A stretch of 64,000 bases of DNA from Clostridiales bacterium (GTDB taxonomy: Bacteria; Bacillota; Clostridia; Oscillospirales; CAG-272), in assembly GCA_016282315.1 (NCBI GenBank), contig JAEEKG010000096.1:4447-68446 (forward strand). The letters are read 5' to 3'. The notes beneath the pieces were generated by a model. The model saw only the letters and a program-made list of their open reading frames with translations, was not told where the DNA came from and ran no database searches. Made by a program: the position numbers and the translations under genes. Positions 8,426 to 18,088 of the stretch are shown here, piece after piece (position 1 is the stretch's first letter; each line of letters opens with the position of its first letter).

Positions 8426-10120
8426 TTACTCTAAGAAGTCTTTGAGTTTGTTTGCCCTGCTTGGTAATCTCATTTTTCTAAGAGCTTTAGCTTCAATTTG
8501 TCTGATTCTTTCACGAGTTATATTGAACAATGCACCAACTTCTTCGAGGGTTCTCGGACGTCCATCATCAAGTCCGAATCTCAATTTTAACACTACTTCT
8601 TCTCTTGGAGTTAATGTATGGAGAACTTCGTTAAGTTGTTCTTTTAACATTGAATATGCAGTGACCTCATCAGGTGCCGGGGATTCCTTGTCTTCGATAA
8701 AATCTCCGATCTTACTGTCATCTTCTTCACCGACTGTCATTTCAAGAGAAATGGGTTCCTGTTTAGCCTTCATAACCTCATTTACTCTTTGAACGCTAAT
8801 TCCAAGTTCATCTGCTATTTCTTCCGGTGATGGCTCACATCCATTTTCTTGGAATTTCTGTCTTGCAACTTTGGAAACACTTTGAAGCGTTTCGGTTACG
8901 TGCACTGGAATTCTTATTGTTCTTGACTGATCTGCAATTGCTCTTGTAATTGCCTGTCTTATCCACCATGTGGCATAAGTTGAGAACTTCAGTTGCAATG
9001 TGTAGTCAAATTTATCAATTGCTTTCATCAAACCGAGGTTTCCCTCCTGGATTAAATCAAGAAGAGGAAGTCCTTTTCCAACATATCTTCTGGCAATGCT
9101 TACAACCAATCTGAGGTTTGATTTAATCAGTTCTTCCCTTGCATCCATATCTCCTTCAGCATATCTCTTTGCCAATTCCTGCTCTTGTTCCTGAGTAAGA
9201 AGAGGTGTCTTGCCTATTTCAGTGAGATACATTTTTACAGGGTCTGTGTTAGATGACTCGTTGTCAAGATTAACATTAAGAATTTCTTTGTCGCGTTCGG
9301 TATCAAATCCTTCAGATTCAAGACTTTCTTCGTCATCAAGTGTCTCATCGAAGAAATCAGTAATCTCATATCCCAAATCACCAAGTGTCTCGTAGACCTT
9401 TTCGACTTGGTCCATGTCATAGTCATCTCCAAATGCAGCCATAATATCAGCATTTGAAATTGAACCTTTATTCTTTGCTTTTTCAATTATCTTGTAAAAG
9501 ACTTCTTGCTGTTCGCCCGGATCGCGCTCAATTGCACCATCGTCAAAAGCATCGAAATCGTCACTATCGTTTCCGTTGTCATACGGGTCTGATTTTTTCT
9601 TAGACTTTTTAGAATTCTTTTCACTTGGATAATCATCAAGTTCCATTTCATCTGCGTCAAAGTCAAAATCATCATCTTTTGAGCCTTCATCAACAATCTT
9701 CACTTCTTTTTTTGAAGCCTTGGAGCTCTTTTTCTCCTTAACTTCTTCTTTGGGTGAATCGACTGGTACTTCCTGCGCTTTTTTAGAAGACTTTCTTCCT
9801 TTTGTTTTTTTGGTTTCTTTTTCTTCCTCTGTAACAGGCTTTTCGGTTTCAGGTTCTTCAGCTTTTACTGCAGCTTTTAGCTCTTTTGTTGATTTCTTTT
9901 TTGGTTTTGCTTCTATTACTTCAACATCATTCTCTACAGTTTCAACCTTTTTTGTCTTTGTAGATTTCCTAGTTGCTTTCTTTTCAGCTTTATCTTCAGT
10001 TGGCTTGATTGCAGTTTCTTCAACTACCTTTTTGCTCTCTGATTTCTTTTTTGAAGAAGACTTAACAACACTTTTCTCTTCAACGATTTCTTCTTTTTTT
10101 ACACTTTTTTTGCTTGGCAT
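8426..10120 (-). CDS. rpoD: primary RNA polymerase sigma factor (sigma-70/SigA) with a ~200-aa charged N-terminal extension
   Basis: Regions 1.2-4.2 are present ([56 protein letters not shown]). AGGAGA lies 6 nt before ATG at 10120; the track start 10138 is probably too early. Confidence 0.95.
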   Translation of the reverse strand: MPSKKSVKKEEIVEEKSVVKSSSKKKSESKKVVEETAIKPTEDKAEKKATRKSTKTKKVETVENDVEVIEAKPKKKSTKELKAAVKAEEPETEKPVTEEEKETKKTKGRKSSKKAQEVPVDSPKEEVKEKKSSKASKKEVKIVDEGSKDDDFDFDADEMELDDYPSEKNSKKSKKKSDPYDNGNDSDDFDAFDDGAIERDPGEQQEVFYKIIEKAKNKGSISNADIMAAFGDDYDMDQVEKVYETLGDLGYEITDFFDETLDDEESLESEGFDTERDKEILNVNLDNESSNTDPVKMYLTEIGKTPLLTQEQEQELAKRYAEGDMDAREELIKSNLRLVVSIARRYVGKGLPLLDLIQEGNLGLMKAIDKFDYTLQLKFSTYATWWIRQAITRAIADQSRTIRIPVHVTETLQSVSKVARQKFQENGCEPSPEEIADELGISVQRVNEVMKAKQEPISLEMTVGEEDDSKIGDFIEDKESPAPDEVTAYSMLKEQLNEVLHTLTPREEVVLKLRFGLDDGRPRTLEEVGALFNITRERIRQIEAKALRKMRLPSRANKLKDFLE

Positions 10121-10170
10121 ATTAATTCTCCTAAACATTGGTATTATTGATTGGTTCTATACTACACTTG

Positions 10171-11931
10171 TCATGTGTTATTGCTTGCATTTTTCTTCTT
10201 TTGAATCAGCAATTCCAGATTCTTCAAAGGATCGTCTTCTTGTTTTGATTCTGTTTCTTCCTTCAGATTCTCGATTAGTTGCTGTAAGACAATTTTTCCA
10301 TTATCATTCAGATTTATTCTTCGCATCTTTATTTTCATGATGTAAGAAAACTCTTTGTCTTTGAAGACGCCATTGAGAATACCTTCATCAAAGCCATCCT
10401 CACCTTCAACCATGGTTGAAAATACTCTTTTGTTAAACTCTGTTGTAAACAATTCCTTTTTTAAATCAACCTTTCCTGATTTGATGTCATTAAGCAAATC
10501 CGGATTGTTTAGCAACACGCTGATAATCTCTTCTTCCAAGCCTACAATTTTTGGCTTTTCTTCAGATTCTCTGTTGATCATGGTCCTTGTTCTTCTTGTA
10601 TCATTAAACAATGAATCCATGAAATCTTTATCATCTTTTCGTTTGTTGTTTTTCTTTTTCCGTTCGACAGATAATTTGATTGACTCAGCATTAACTCCAG
10701 TTTTCTGTGATAGCTTTGTAATGTATATTTCCTGTTCAATATCACTATCCAGATCAGCTAAAAAATCACATGCCTCATCAACAGCTTTGATTTTTTCATC
10801 GTCGATACTGAAATCATATTTGTTCTGCAAACTGCTCAGCAAGAAGTCCATCTTTCCAACACTTCTTTTTACGCAATCAGCAAATTTCTCTTTGCCGTAT
10901 TTTTTTACATACTCATCAGGGTCTTTTGCTTCGCCATCGAGCCTGAGAACTTTGACACTTACTGACAGTTTTTTGAACATGTCAATTGCTCTCATTGTTG
11001 CATTATATCCGGCTCTGTCGTTGTCATAACAAACAATCACTGTGTTTGTGTATTTAGAAATCATCCTTGCCTGATCTTCAGTCAGTGCCGTTCCCAAAGT
11101 TGCCACGGAATTAGTGAAACCTGCAAGATTCATTCCAATTACATCCATGTACCCTTCACACAACAACAAAAACTCTTTACAGTCGGCTCTTGCAAAATTC
11201 AAAGAATAAAGATTTTTTCCCTTCTTGAATACAACTGTGTCCGAAGTGTTCAAGTATTTTGGACCATTTCCGTCTCTTATGCTTCTTCCGCCGAAGCCAA
11301 GGACTCGTCCCATGTTGTCTATTATCGGGAAGATAACCCTCCCTCCAAAATAGTCATAGTGTCTGTTGTCCTTAGTCATACACAGATAATTGTGTTTCAA
11401 CTCATCATCTGTATACCCAAGACCACTCAGCTTTTTATACAGCCCGTCTCCAGGCGGATTATATCCAATACCAAAATGAGTTATTGTGGATGTGGACAAG
11501 CCTCTCTTTTTAAATACATAATCCTGAGCTTCTTTGTTCTCGGTTTTTCTCAATTGTTCAACAAAAAATAAAGCAGCTTCTTTATTCATTGAATAAAATC
11601 TCTGACGTTTTTCTGAATTGCTTTCAGTATTGCCATCCACGTCAGGCATTTTCATGCCAGCTCTGTTGCAGAGGAATTCCAGTGCCTGCAAATAGTCGAG
11701 ATTTTCCATTTTCATAATGAAAGTAATTACATCTCCGGATGCTTCACAACCAAAACAATAATAGTTATCAGTTTTTTGAAACACAGTAAAGGAGGGCGTT
11801 TTTTCAGAATGAAAAGGACATAATCCAGTGAAATTAGAACCTGCCTTCTTTAAAGAAACATATGATGAAATAACATCGACGATATTGTTTCTGGATTTTA
11901 ATTCCTGAACAAAATAACTTGGAAATGCCAT
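10171..11931 (-). CDS. dnaG: DNA primase
   Basis: Zinc-ribbon CPFHSEKTPSF...CFGC, a TOPRIM segment (EGYMDV, VIVCYDND), and the position upstream of rpoD. Confidence 0.95.
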   Translation of the reverse strand: MAFPSYFVQELKSRNNIVDVISSYVSLKKAGSNFTGLCPFHSEKTPSFTVFQKTDNYYCFGCEASGDVITFIMKMENLDYLQALEFLCNRAGMKMPDVDGNTESNSEKRQRFYSMNKEAALFFVEQLRKTENKEAQDYVFKKRGLSTSTITHFGIGYNPPGDGLYKKLSGLGYTDDELKHNYLCMTKDNRHYDYFGGRVIFPIIDNMGRVLGFGGRSIRDGNGPKYLNTSDTVVFKKGKNLYSLNFARADCKEFLLLCEGYMDVIGMNLAGFTNSVATLGTALTEDQARMISKYTNTVIVCYDNDRAGYNATMRAIDMFKKLSVSVKVLRLDGEAKDPDEYVKKYGKEKFADCVKRSVGKMDFLLSSLQNKYDFSIDDEKIKAVDEACDFLADLDSDIEQEIYITKLSQKTGVNAESIKLSVERKKKNNKRKDDKDFMDSLFNDTRRTRTMINRESEEKPKIVGLEEEIISVLLNNPDLLNDIKSGKVDLKKELFTTEFNKRVFSTMVEGEDGFDEGILNGVFKDKEFSYIMKIKMRRINLNDNGKIVLQQLIENLKEETESKQEDDPLKNLELLIQKKKNASNNT

Positions 11932-11995
11932 GTCATCACTCCTAATCTTTTCATATTCGATTGTAAATACAATTAATTATCCGTAAAACCTTTTT

Positions 11996-12616
11996 TTATT
12001 TTTTTATCCTTAAGCAAAATCTTAAAAATTCGATTTGCATCTTGCCAAATGTGAGATTTGAGTATCTTTTCTTGAATTCTTCGTACCTATCCTCCGGGAT
12101 CGAAATATTAAGCACTATATTGTCCAGAAAATCAGATGATAGTATTATCCCGTCAAGTTCATTTATGAGCCTAGATGTCTTGTCATAATCTGAATACGAG
12201 CACATAGCCTTGAAATCAACAAATGTTGAATAGTTAACTATTTCAGCATTGTTTAAAGCGCCGCTTGCAGCGCTTGAATATGCCCTAACTAGGCCTTTAG
12301 CACCCAAAAGAATTCCGCCGAAATATCTTGTCACGACAATGCATACGTTACAAAGGCCATTCATTTTTATGACATTCATAACAGGAGCACCTCCGGTACC
12401 CTGAGGTTCTCCATCATCTGACATTTTTTCATTGTTTTCGGTGACATATGCGTAAACATTATGTCTTGCTTCAGGATTGCTGGTTTTAATGTTTTCTATC
12501 ATTTTCTCAGCATCTTCTGAATTGGAAATTGGGAAAATATGTCCTATGAACTCTGACTTTTTTTCTACAAGTTCATACTTGACATATTCCTTAACGGTTT
12601 TGATTTCACTTTTCAT
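11996..12616 (-). CDS. YigZ/IMPACT-family protein (UPF0029)
   Basis: KKSEFIGH, DDGEPQGTGGAPV and VVTRYFGGILLGAKGLVRAY motifs. 4-nt overlap with hflX. Confidence 0.85.
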   Translation of the reverse strand: MKSEIKTVKEYVKYELVEKKSEFIGHIFPISNSEDAEKMIENIKTSNPEARHNVYAYVTENNEKMSDDGEPQGTGGAPVMNVIKMNGLCNVCIVVTRYFGGILLGAKGLVRAYSSAASGALNNAEIVNYSTFVDFKAMCSYSDYDKTSRLINELDGIILSSDFLDNIVLNISIPEDRYEEFKKRYSNLTFGKMQIEFLRFCLRIKK

Positions 12617-13869
12617 TCGACAATGTAGTCCTTATACATTCCTTTTGCTTTTTTATCCAGTATTGCTTCTATGTATGCACCATCTTCTTTGTAGTCAATT
12701 TTTTTAACTGAAGTGTTGCTGTATAGGTAATCAACAAGAGACAATTTGCTCATGGGAAGCTTTATTTTATACAATCGTTTATTCTCGTTCATAACGTTGT
12801 ACATAAGCGATTCAAGCACATCGAATCCTTCGCCGGTTTTGGCTGACACATACGCTTGCATCTTATCTCTAGAATTGCTTTTTTCAACGATTCCTAAATC
12901 ACATTTGTTGTAAACATATATCTTGGGCAGGTCGTTTGCACCCAATTCCCCTATTAGTTTTTCAGTTACTTCAAGCTGTGATTTGTATTCAGGATCATTT
13001 ACGTCCGTTACTATCAACAAAGCATCTGAATACTTTATTTCATCAAGTGTTGATTTGAAAGCTTCTATCAGCATATGTGGAAGATTTCTAATTAGACCGA
13101 CTGTATCTGTCAAAAGAACTTCTTCGCCATTTTCCATTGTATACTTTCTTGTTGTTGTATCAAGTGTGGCAAACAATTTGTCTTCTGCCAGAACACCTGC
13201 TGATGTCATTCCGTTCAACAATGTGGACTTTCCGGCGTTTGTGTATCCGACAATTGCGAATTTAAACAGTCCGCTTTTATCTCTTGATCCGCGTTGAATC
13301 ATCCTGTTCTTTTCTATCTCTTTTAACTTGTCTTCTAATGAATCGATTCTTCTCTTAACATGTCTTCTGTCAGTTTCAAGTTTTGTTTCACCAGGACCTC
13401 TTGTCCCGATACCACCGCCCAGACGAGACAAATCTTTACCTTTTCCAACTAATCTCGGAACTGTGTATTTTAATTGAGCCAGTTCAACTTGGAGCTTACC
13501 GGCAGCACTCTCAGCGTGTTCAGCAAAAATATCCAGTATCAGCATATTCCTGTCTATAACACTTGGTCCGTCTATCTCATCTTCAAGATTTTTAATTTGT
13601 GACGGAGAGAGATTGTCATCAGTAATTACTAAATCGATATCGTTATTAGCGCATAGTTCTTTCAATTCTTTTGCTTTTCCCGAACCCACATATGTTGCCG
13701 GGTTTGGTGACTCCATATTCTGAGTCACCCTGCAAAAGACATCTGCGCCTGCTGTATCTGCCAGTCTCTCAAGTTCATCAAGGGATATTTCTTTTACTTC
13801 TTTATCGTCACTATCCGTTATGACGGATAATAAAATCACTTTACTCTTTTTATCAATCTTTAAATCCAT
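12613..13869 (-). CDS. hflX: GTPase HflX
   Basis: HflX N-terminal domain plus G motifs GYTNAGKST, DTVG, NKCD. Confidence 0.95.
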   Translation of the reverse strand: MDLKIDKKSKVILLSVITDSDDKEVKEISLDELERLADTAGADVFCRVTQNMESPNPATYVGSGKAKELKELCANNDIDLVITDDNLSPSQIKNLEDEIDGPSVIDRNMLILDIFAEHAESAAGKLQVELAQLKYTVPRLVGKGKDLSRLGGGIGTRGPGETKLETDRRHVKRRIDSLEDKLKEIEKNRMIQRGSRDKSGLFKFAIVGYTNAGKSTLLNGMTSAGVLAEDKLFATLDTTTRKYTMENGEEVLLTDTVGLIRNLPHMLIEAFKSTLDEIKYSDALLIVTDVNDPEYKSQLEVTEKLIGELGANDLPKIYVYNKCDLGIVEKSNSRDKMQAYVSAKTGEGFDVLESLMYNVMNENKRLYKIKLPMSKLSLVDYLYSNTSVKKIDYKEDGAYIEAILDKKAKGMYKDYIVE

Positions 13870-13883
13870 GTGGACCTCTCTTC

Positions 13884-13927
13884 AAAAAGAATAGGGTTAA
13901 CAATCGGTTTTTCCAATCATTAACCCC
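13884..13927 (-). terminator. rho-independent terminator of rpmE
   Basis: Minus strand GGGGTTAATGATTGG / CCGATTGTTAACCC long stem followed by TATTCTTTTT. Confidence 0.7.
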
Positions 13928-13945
13928 TCAATATTATTTGCCAAA

Positions 13946-14152
13946 TTATTTCTGAAGTCCTTCAAGACGTTTTTTAAATCTGTCAACACGACCGCCTGTA
14001 TCAACGAATCTCTGTTTACCAGTATAAAATGGATGGTTTCCTGACCATGTTTCAACACGGAGCTCGGGTTTTGTAGAACCTACTGTGAATAATTCTTCAC
14101 CATCACAATAAACTTTGGCCTGATAATATGTAGGATGAATTCCCTTTTTCAT
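13946..14152 (-). CDS. rpmE: 50S ribosomal protein L31 (short form lacking the CxxC zinc motif)
   Basis: MKKGIHP..., HPFYTGKQRFVDTGGRVDRFKKR. Only one Cys in the whole protein. Confidence 0.95.
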   Translation of the reverse strand: MKKGIHPTYYQAKVYCDGEELFTVGSTKPELRVETWSGNHPFYTGKQRFVDTGGRVDRFKKRLEGLQK

Positions 14153-14273
14153 GACTGAACACCTTCCTTCCGTAAGATTTTTGCCAAATTACTATATCAC
14201 ATTATTTGTGCGATTTCAAGAACTTTTTTTGCAAAATGCAATTTTTATATAAAATGATTTAAAAAATAAGCTA

Positions 14274-15515
14274 TTACAATAGTTTTTCCGCCGTGTTAAG
14301 AATTGAAAGTCTGCCGCTTTCGTAAGTAAGTCCACCTTGGAAATATGCTATATACGGTTCCCTCATCGGTCCATCGGCAGACAACTCAATTGATGCTCCT
14401 GAGATAAAAGTTCCAGCTGCCATTATAACTTTATCTGCATAGCCTGGCATATCCCATGGTTCCGGAGTAACAAATGAATCTACAGGTGATGAGCTTTGAA
14501 TTCCTTCACAGAATGCACATAGCTTTTCCGGAGATCTCAAAACAACAGTCTGAATTATATCATGCCTTTGTTCAGTGTAAGATGGGTATGTTTCAAAACC
14601 GAGTTTGGTGAAGATATAAGAAGCATATGCTGCGGTCTTCTTAGCCTGACAAACTACGTGCGGAGCAAGGAAGAATCCTCTGTACATGTCTCGTTTTTCG
14701 TCTAATGTAGCCCCACATTCAAGCCCTATTCCGACTGTTGTCAATCTATACGAAGCCAATTCTACATATCTCTTTTTTCCAGCCACGTATCCACCGGTCT
14801 TGGCAATACCGCCTCCCGGATTCTTAATCAAAGAACCCGCCATTAAATCTGCACCGTAATATGTCGGTTCATGTTCGTCACAAAACTCGCCGTAGCAATT
14901 GTCAACAAAAACGCACGCATCAGATATCTTATGGCAGAATGAAACAATTTCCCCTATTTTCTCTGAAGAAAAAGTGGGTCTGTTCTCATATCCTTTTGAT
15001 CTTTGGATATACAGCATCTTCACTCTTTTGCCATACTTTTTAACTTTTTCTTCAACTGATGAATAATCAATATCGCCGTCTTTCAAAGGTACTTCGTCAT
15101 AATCAATACCGAAATCCGCTAGTGAACCATCACCATTTTTTGTCTTATTTCCAATTACTTCGGATAATGTGTCATAAGGAGATCCGGTAATAGATAACAG
15201 AACATCTCCGGGTCTTAAAACACCAAATAAAGCAATAGAAATTGCCTGAGTTCCATTAACGATGTTATGTCTAGCAAATGCAGCCTCTGATTCAAAAGCA
15301 CCAGCAAAAATGTTATCTAATGCATCTCTTCCAGCGTCGCCATATCCATAGCCTGTGCTTGAAGCAAACATTGATTCAGAAACTCTGTTCTTTTGAAATT
15401 GCTCGAGCACCCTTTGAGTGTTAATAAACGCTATTTCCTCAAAAGAATCAAATACTTCTTTAAGATCAGTCTTAGCTTGCAAATCCAAATCTTGCAGCTT
15501 TTTAGATATTACCAA
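14274..15515 (-). CDS. methionine gamma-lyase-family PLP enzyme (YnbB-like / aluminium-resistance-protein family)
   Basis: STGYGYGDAGRD N-terminal signature. Same hflX-neighbouring position as B. subtilis ynbB. Confidence 0.8.
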   Translation of the reverse strand: MVISKKLQDLDLQAKTDLKEVFDSFEEIAFINTQRVLEQFQKNRVSESMFASSTGYGYGDAGRDALDNIFAGAFESEAAFARHNIVNGTQAISIALFGVLRPGDVLLSITGSPYDTLSEVIGNKTKNGDGSLADFGIDYDEVPLKDGDIDYSSVEEKVKKYGKRVKMLYIQRSKGYENRPTFSSEKIGEIVSFCHKISDACVFVDNCYGEFCDEHEPTYYGADLMAGSLIKNPGGGIAKTGGYVAGKKRYVELASYRLTTVGIGLECGATLDEKRDMYRGFFLAPHVVCQAKKTAAYASYIFTKLGFETYPSYTEQRHDIIQTVVLRSPEKLCAFCEGIQSSSPVDSFVTPEPWDMPGYADKVIMAAGTFISGASIELSADGPMREPYIAYFQGGLTYESGRLSILNTAEKLL

Positions 15516-15530
15516 TTAAATCACCTTCTG

Positions 15531-16949
15531 TCATATGAGATTGACAAGTTCACAAAATCTATTTCCTCGAACTTCAAAGTTTCTAAAAGAATCAAAACTT
15601 GCAGATGCCGGAGAAAGCAAAACTGAGTCTCCCGGCAGCGCATGTTTTACTGCTTCTTTTACCGCTTCATCGAATCCTTCAATGTAAACGTATTTATCCT
15701 GGTTTGCTCCTTGTTTTATGAGCAATTCGCTTATTTTTTTACCTGTTGTCCCGGTTGTTACGATGAATCTGCTCTTTTTAATCAGGGGGAGGATTATAGG
15801 GTCATATGGAATGTTCTTATCAGACCCTCCGCATATAACGACAAGCGGCTCATCAAAAGAATTTAAAGCAGCTAAAGTTCTGGTCGGTGTCGTATCAATG
15901 GAACTGTTGTAAAACTTTACTCCATTTACTTCTCTTACGAATTCGATTCTATGTCGCACTGCTTTGAAATTTTGCACTGCAGAGACAAAATTCTCAAGGG
16001 AAACATCGTTTTTAGTGGCAGAAAAAGCAGCCATCACATTCTCTATGTTGTGATTACCTCTCAATGGTATCATTGACGATGAGATGACCTTTTTCGTCAC
16101 GTCACCACGTTTGTATAAAATATCTCCGTTTTCGTAGTAAACACAATCAAATTCGTCGCTTTTACCTGTTATGGAAAACAATGTCACTTTTGAATGAATT
16201 TTGCTTGCAATATTTCTTGTATAATCGTTATCTGCATTCAAAGTTGCATAACAATTATTGGTTTGATTCAAAACAATTCTGTATTTGCTGCTTACGTATT
16301 CACTCATATCCTTATGCCAATTCAAATGATTGGGAGTTATATTCGTGATAACTGAAGAATAAGGTGAAAAATCCATATTCATCAATTGGAAACTTGACAG
16401 TTCCAGAACAACTCTGTCGCACTCTTTCATGTTTTCAAGTTCGCAAATAAGAGGGGTACCTATATTGCCGCCCAAATAGACTTTTCCGCCTTTGTTCTTC
16501 TCTTCTTCTTCAAGAATTTTCGATATCAGCGTTGTAGTAGTGGTCTTTCCATCACTTCCTGTAATTGCATATATTTTACACGGGCAAAGCTTACAGACAA
16601 TTTCTATTTCTGAAGATAGAATTGCGCCTCTTTCGACAGCATTTGTTATTTCAGGCAAATCCGGCCTGATACCAGGCGTTTTCAGTATTATGTCTTCGTT
16701 TAGATCATTCAGGTAATCTTCACCAAAGCAACAAGTAACACCTATTTCTTTTAGAATTGGGTATACTTCCACCACTTCACCGCCTTCACCATTCGGTGTA
16801 TAAGTTGGATTAGGATTTTTATCCCTGGCAATCATTTTAACGTTGAATTTTGAGAAGAATTCAACTGCTTTCATGTTGCTTATACCCATGCCAATGAATG
16901 ATATGCTCTTGTTATTCACTTTTGATGCATATTCTTTTAAAGCACTCAT
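15531..16949 (-). CDS. murD: UDP-N-acetylmuramoylalanine--D-glutamate ligase
   Basis: GSDGKTTTTTLISKIL P-loop and MurD-length Mur ligase. ATGA overlap with rsmA. Confidence 0.9.
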   Translation of the reverse strand: MSALKEYASKVNNKSISFIGMGISNMKAVEFFSKFNVKMIARDKNPNPTYTPNGEGGEVVEVYPILKEIGVTCCFGEDYLNDLNEDIILKTPGIRPDLPEITNAVERGAILSSEIEIVCKLCPCKIYAITGSDGKTTTTTLISKILEEEEKNKGGKVYLGGNIGTPLICELENMKECDRVVLELSSFQLMNMDFSPYSSVITNITPNHLNWHKDMSEYVSSKYRIVLNQTNNCYATLNADNDYTRNIASKIHSKVTLFSITGKSDEFDCVYYENGDILYKRGDVTKKVISSSMIPLRGNHNIENVMAAFSATKNDVSLENFVSAVQNFKAVRHRIEFVREVNGVKFYNSSIDTTPTRTLAALNSFDEPLVVICGGSDKNIPYDPIILPLIKKSRFIVTTGTTGKKISELLIKQGANQDKYVYIEGFDEAVKEAVKHALPGDSVLLSPASASFDSFRNFEVRGNRFCELVNLI

Positions 16950-17743
16950 GTCAATTCCTTTGATATTTTCTGATAATCCTCTAATGTCAAGTTCTCTCCT
17001 CTGATGTTCTCATCAATGTTCAATCTGTTGAGAACCTGAGTCAATTTTTCTTTATCTGATATACCCTTTTCACATACTGAATTGACAAATTTCTTTCTTC
17101 TTTGGTAAAAACCGGCATTTATCAACTCAAATAATTTATTTGTATCATTTTTCGAAGCATTTGTCTTCTTAACTTCCATCTTAATGACAGTCGAATATAC
17201 TTTAGGAGGAGGATTAAAATTGCCCGGTGCAACACTCAGGCACTTGCTGACGTTGGAATAATATTGAGCCTTGTAAGTTAGCGGAACAGCTTCTCCACTT
17301 CCTGTCTTTGCACACAATTTGTCAGCAACTTCTTTTTGAATCAAAAGCACTATTGTGTCAAAGATGTCTGCGTTATCCATTAATTTGTCAATAATTTCAG
17401 AAGTGATGTAATACGGTATGTTGGCGCAAACACTTACTTTTCCGTCCCAACCGTTGATAAGATCTTTTATGTCAGATTTTAAAAAATCTTCGTATCTGAC
17501 TTCTACATTGTCACAGTCTCTAATCTGATTTTCCAACACTTCCTGTAGCGTTTTATCCAACTCAATTGAGCAAACTCTCTCATATTTTGAAGACAATTTC
17601 TTAGTAAGCGCACCTGTTCCGGGGCCAATTTCTATTACAAGTCTGTCTGAGCTTCCGCACAGCGAAGAAATCTGTTCAAGAATAGTATCATTGTTTAAAA
17701 AATTCTGACCATAACTCTTCTTAGCCCTAACTTTATCTTCCAT
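16946..17743 (-). CDS. rsmA: 16S rRNA (adenine1518/1519-N6)-dimethyltransferase
   Basis: KKSYGQNFL, IEIGPGTGALT, NIPYYITS motifs. Confidence 0.95.
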   Translation of the reverse strand: MEDKVRAKKSYGQNFLNNDTILEQISSLCGSSDRLVIEIGPGTGALTKKLSSKYERVCSIELDKTLQEVLENQIRDCDNVEVRYEDFLKSDIKDLINGWDGKVSVCANIPYYITSEIIDKLMDNADIFDTIVLLIQKEVADKLCAKTGSGEAVPLTYKAQYYSNVSKCLSVAPGNFNPPPKVYSTVIKMEVKKTNASKNDTNKLFELINAGFYQRRKKFVNSVCEKGISDKEKLTQVLNRLNIDENIRGENLTLEDYQKISKELT

Positions 17744-17776
17744 ACAGTTGTCCTCAAAAAATTAATATATAATAAT

Positions 17777-17805
17777 TTGACAAAATTAATTGATTGTGAT
17801 AATAT
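17777..17805 (+). promoter_or_regulatory. sigma-A type promoter for the tRNA pair
   Basis: TTGACA (17777-17782), 17-nt spacer, TGaTAATAT extended -10 (17800-17805), about 11 nt upstream of the tRNA 5' end. Confidence 0.6.
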
Positions 17806-17816
17806 TTGCGTGTTGT

Positions 17817-17892
17817 GCTAATGTGGCTCAGCTGGTAGAGCAGTTGATTCGTAATCAACAGGTCGCGGGTTCGAATCCCGCCATTAGCTCCA
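17817..17892 (+). tRNA. tRNA-Thr (anticodon CGU), CCA encoded
   Basis: Hand-folded cloverleaf: GCTAATG/CATTAGC acceptor, GCTC/GAGC D stem, GTTGA-TTCGTAA-TCAAC anticodon arm, GCGGG-TTCGAAT-CCCGC T arm. Confidence 0.9.
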
Positions 17893-17922
17893 ATCCGGGG
17901 AATTCTATAGTAATTCCCTTTT

Positions 17923-17996
17923 GCAGGTGTAACTCAATGGTAGAGTGCCAGCTTCCCAAGCTGGTTACGCGGGTCCGATTCCCGTCACCTGCTCCA
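17923..17996 (+). tRNA. tRNA-Gly (anticodon CCC), CCA encoded, with an atypical T-loop (TCCGATT)
   Basis: Hand-folded cloverleaf: GCAGGTG/CACCTGC acceptor, ACTC/GAGT D stem, CCAGC-TTCCCAA-GCTGG anticodon arm, GCGGG-TCCGATT-CCCGT T arm. Confidence 0.85.
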
Positions 17997-18006
17997 TAAT
18001 AACTGA

Positions 18007-18034
18007 TGCGCCTTGAATGGCGCACGTTTATTTC
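18007..18034 (+). terminator. probable terminator after the tRNA pair
   Basis: TGCGCC / GGCGCA stem followed by CGTTTATTT (weak T tract). Confidence 0.5.
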
Positions 18035-18088
18035 ATCGGGAATTATACCAAACAGTAAAAAATGTGTCAACAAACACAGAGGGCAACT

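Noticed and set aside
8409-11571. Long plus-strand ORFs opposite rpoD and dnaG (8409-8792, 9210-9395, 9720-10340, 10355-11029, 11359-11571).
   Set aside because: These are shadow ORFs antisense to strongly conserved genes. Their translations are Ser/Phe/Leu-rich low-complexity sequence produced by the complement of Lys/Glu-rich codons. None has an SD.
17897-17919. GGGAATT/AATTCCC hairpin followed by TTTT between the two tRNA genes. It looks like a terminator.
   Set aside because: It sits in the 30-nt spacer of what is most simply a single tRNA-Thr/tRNA-Gly transcript, and a better terminator follows tRNA-Gly. It is more likely a processing-site structure.
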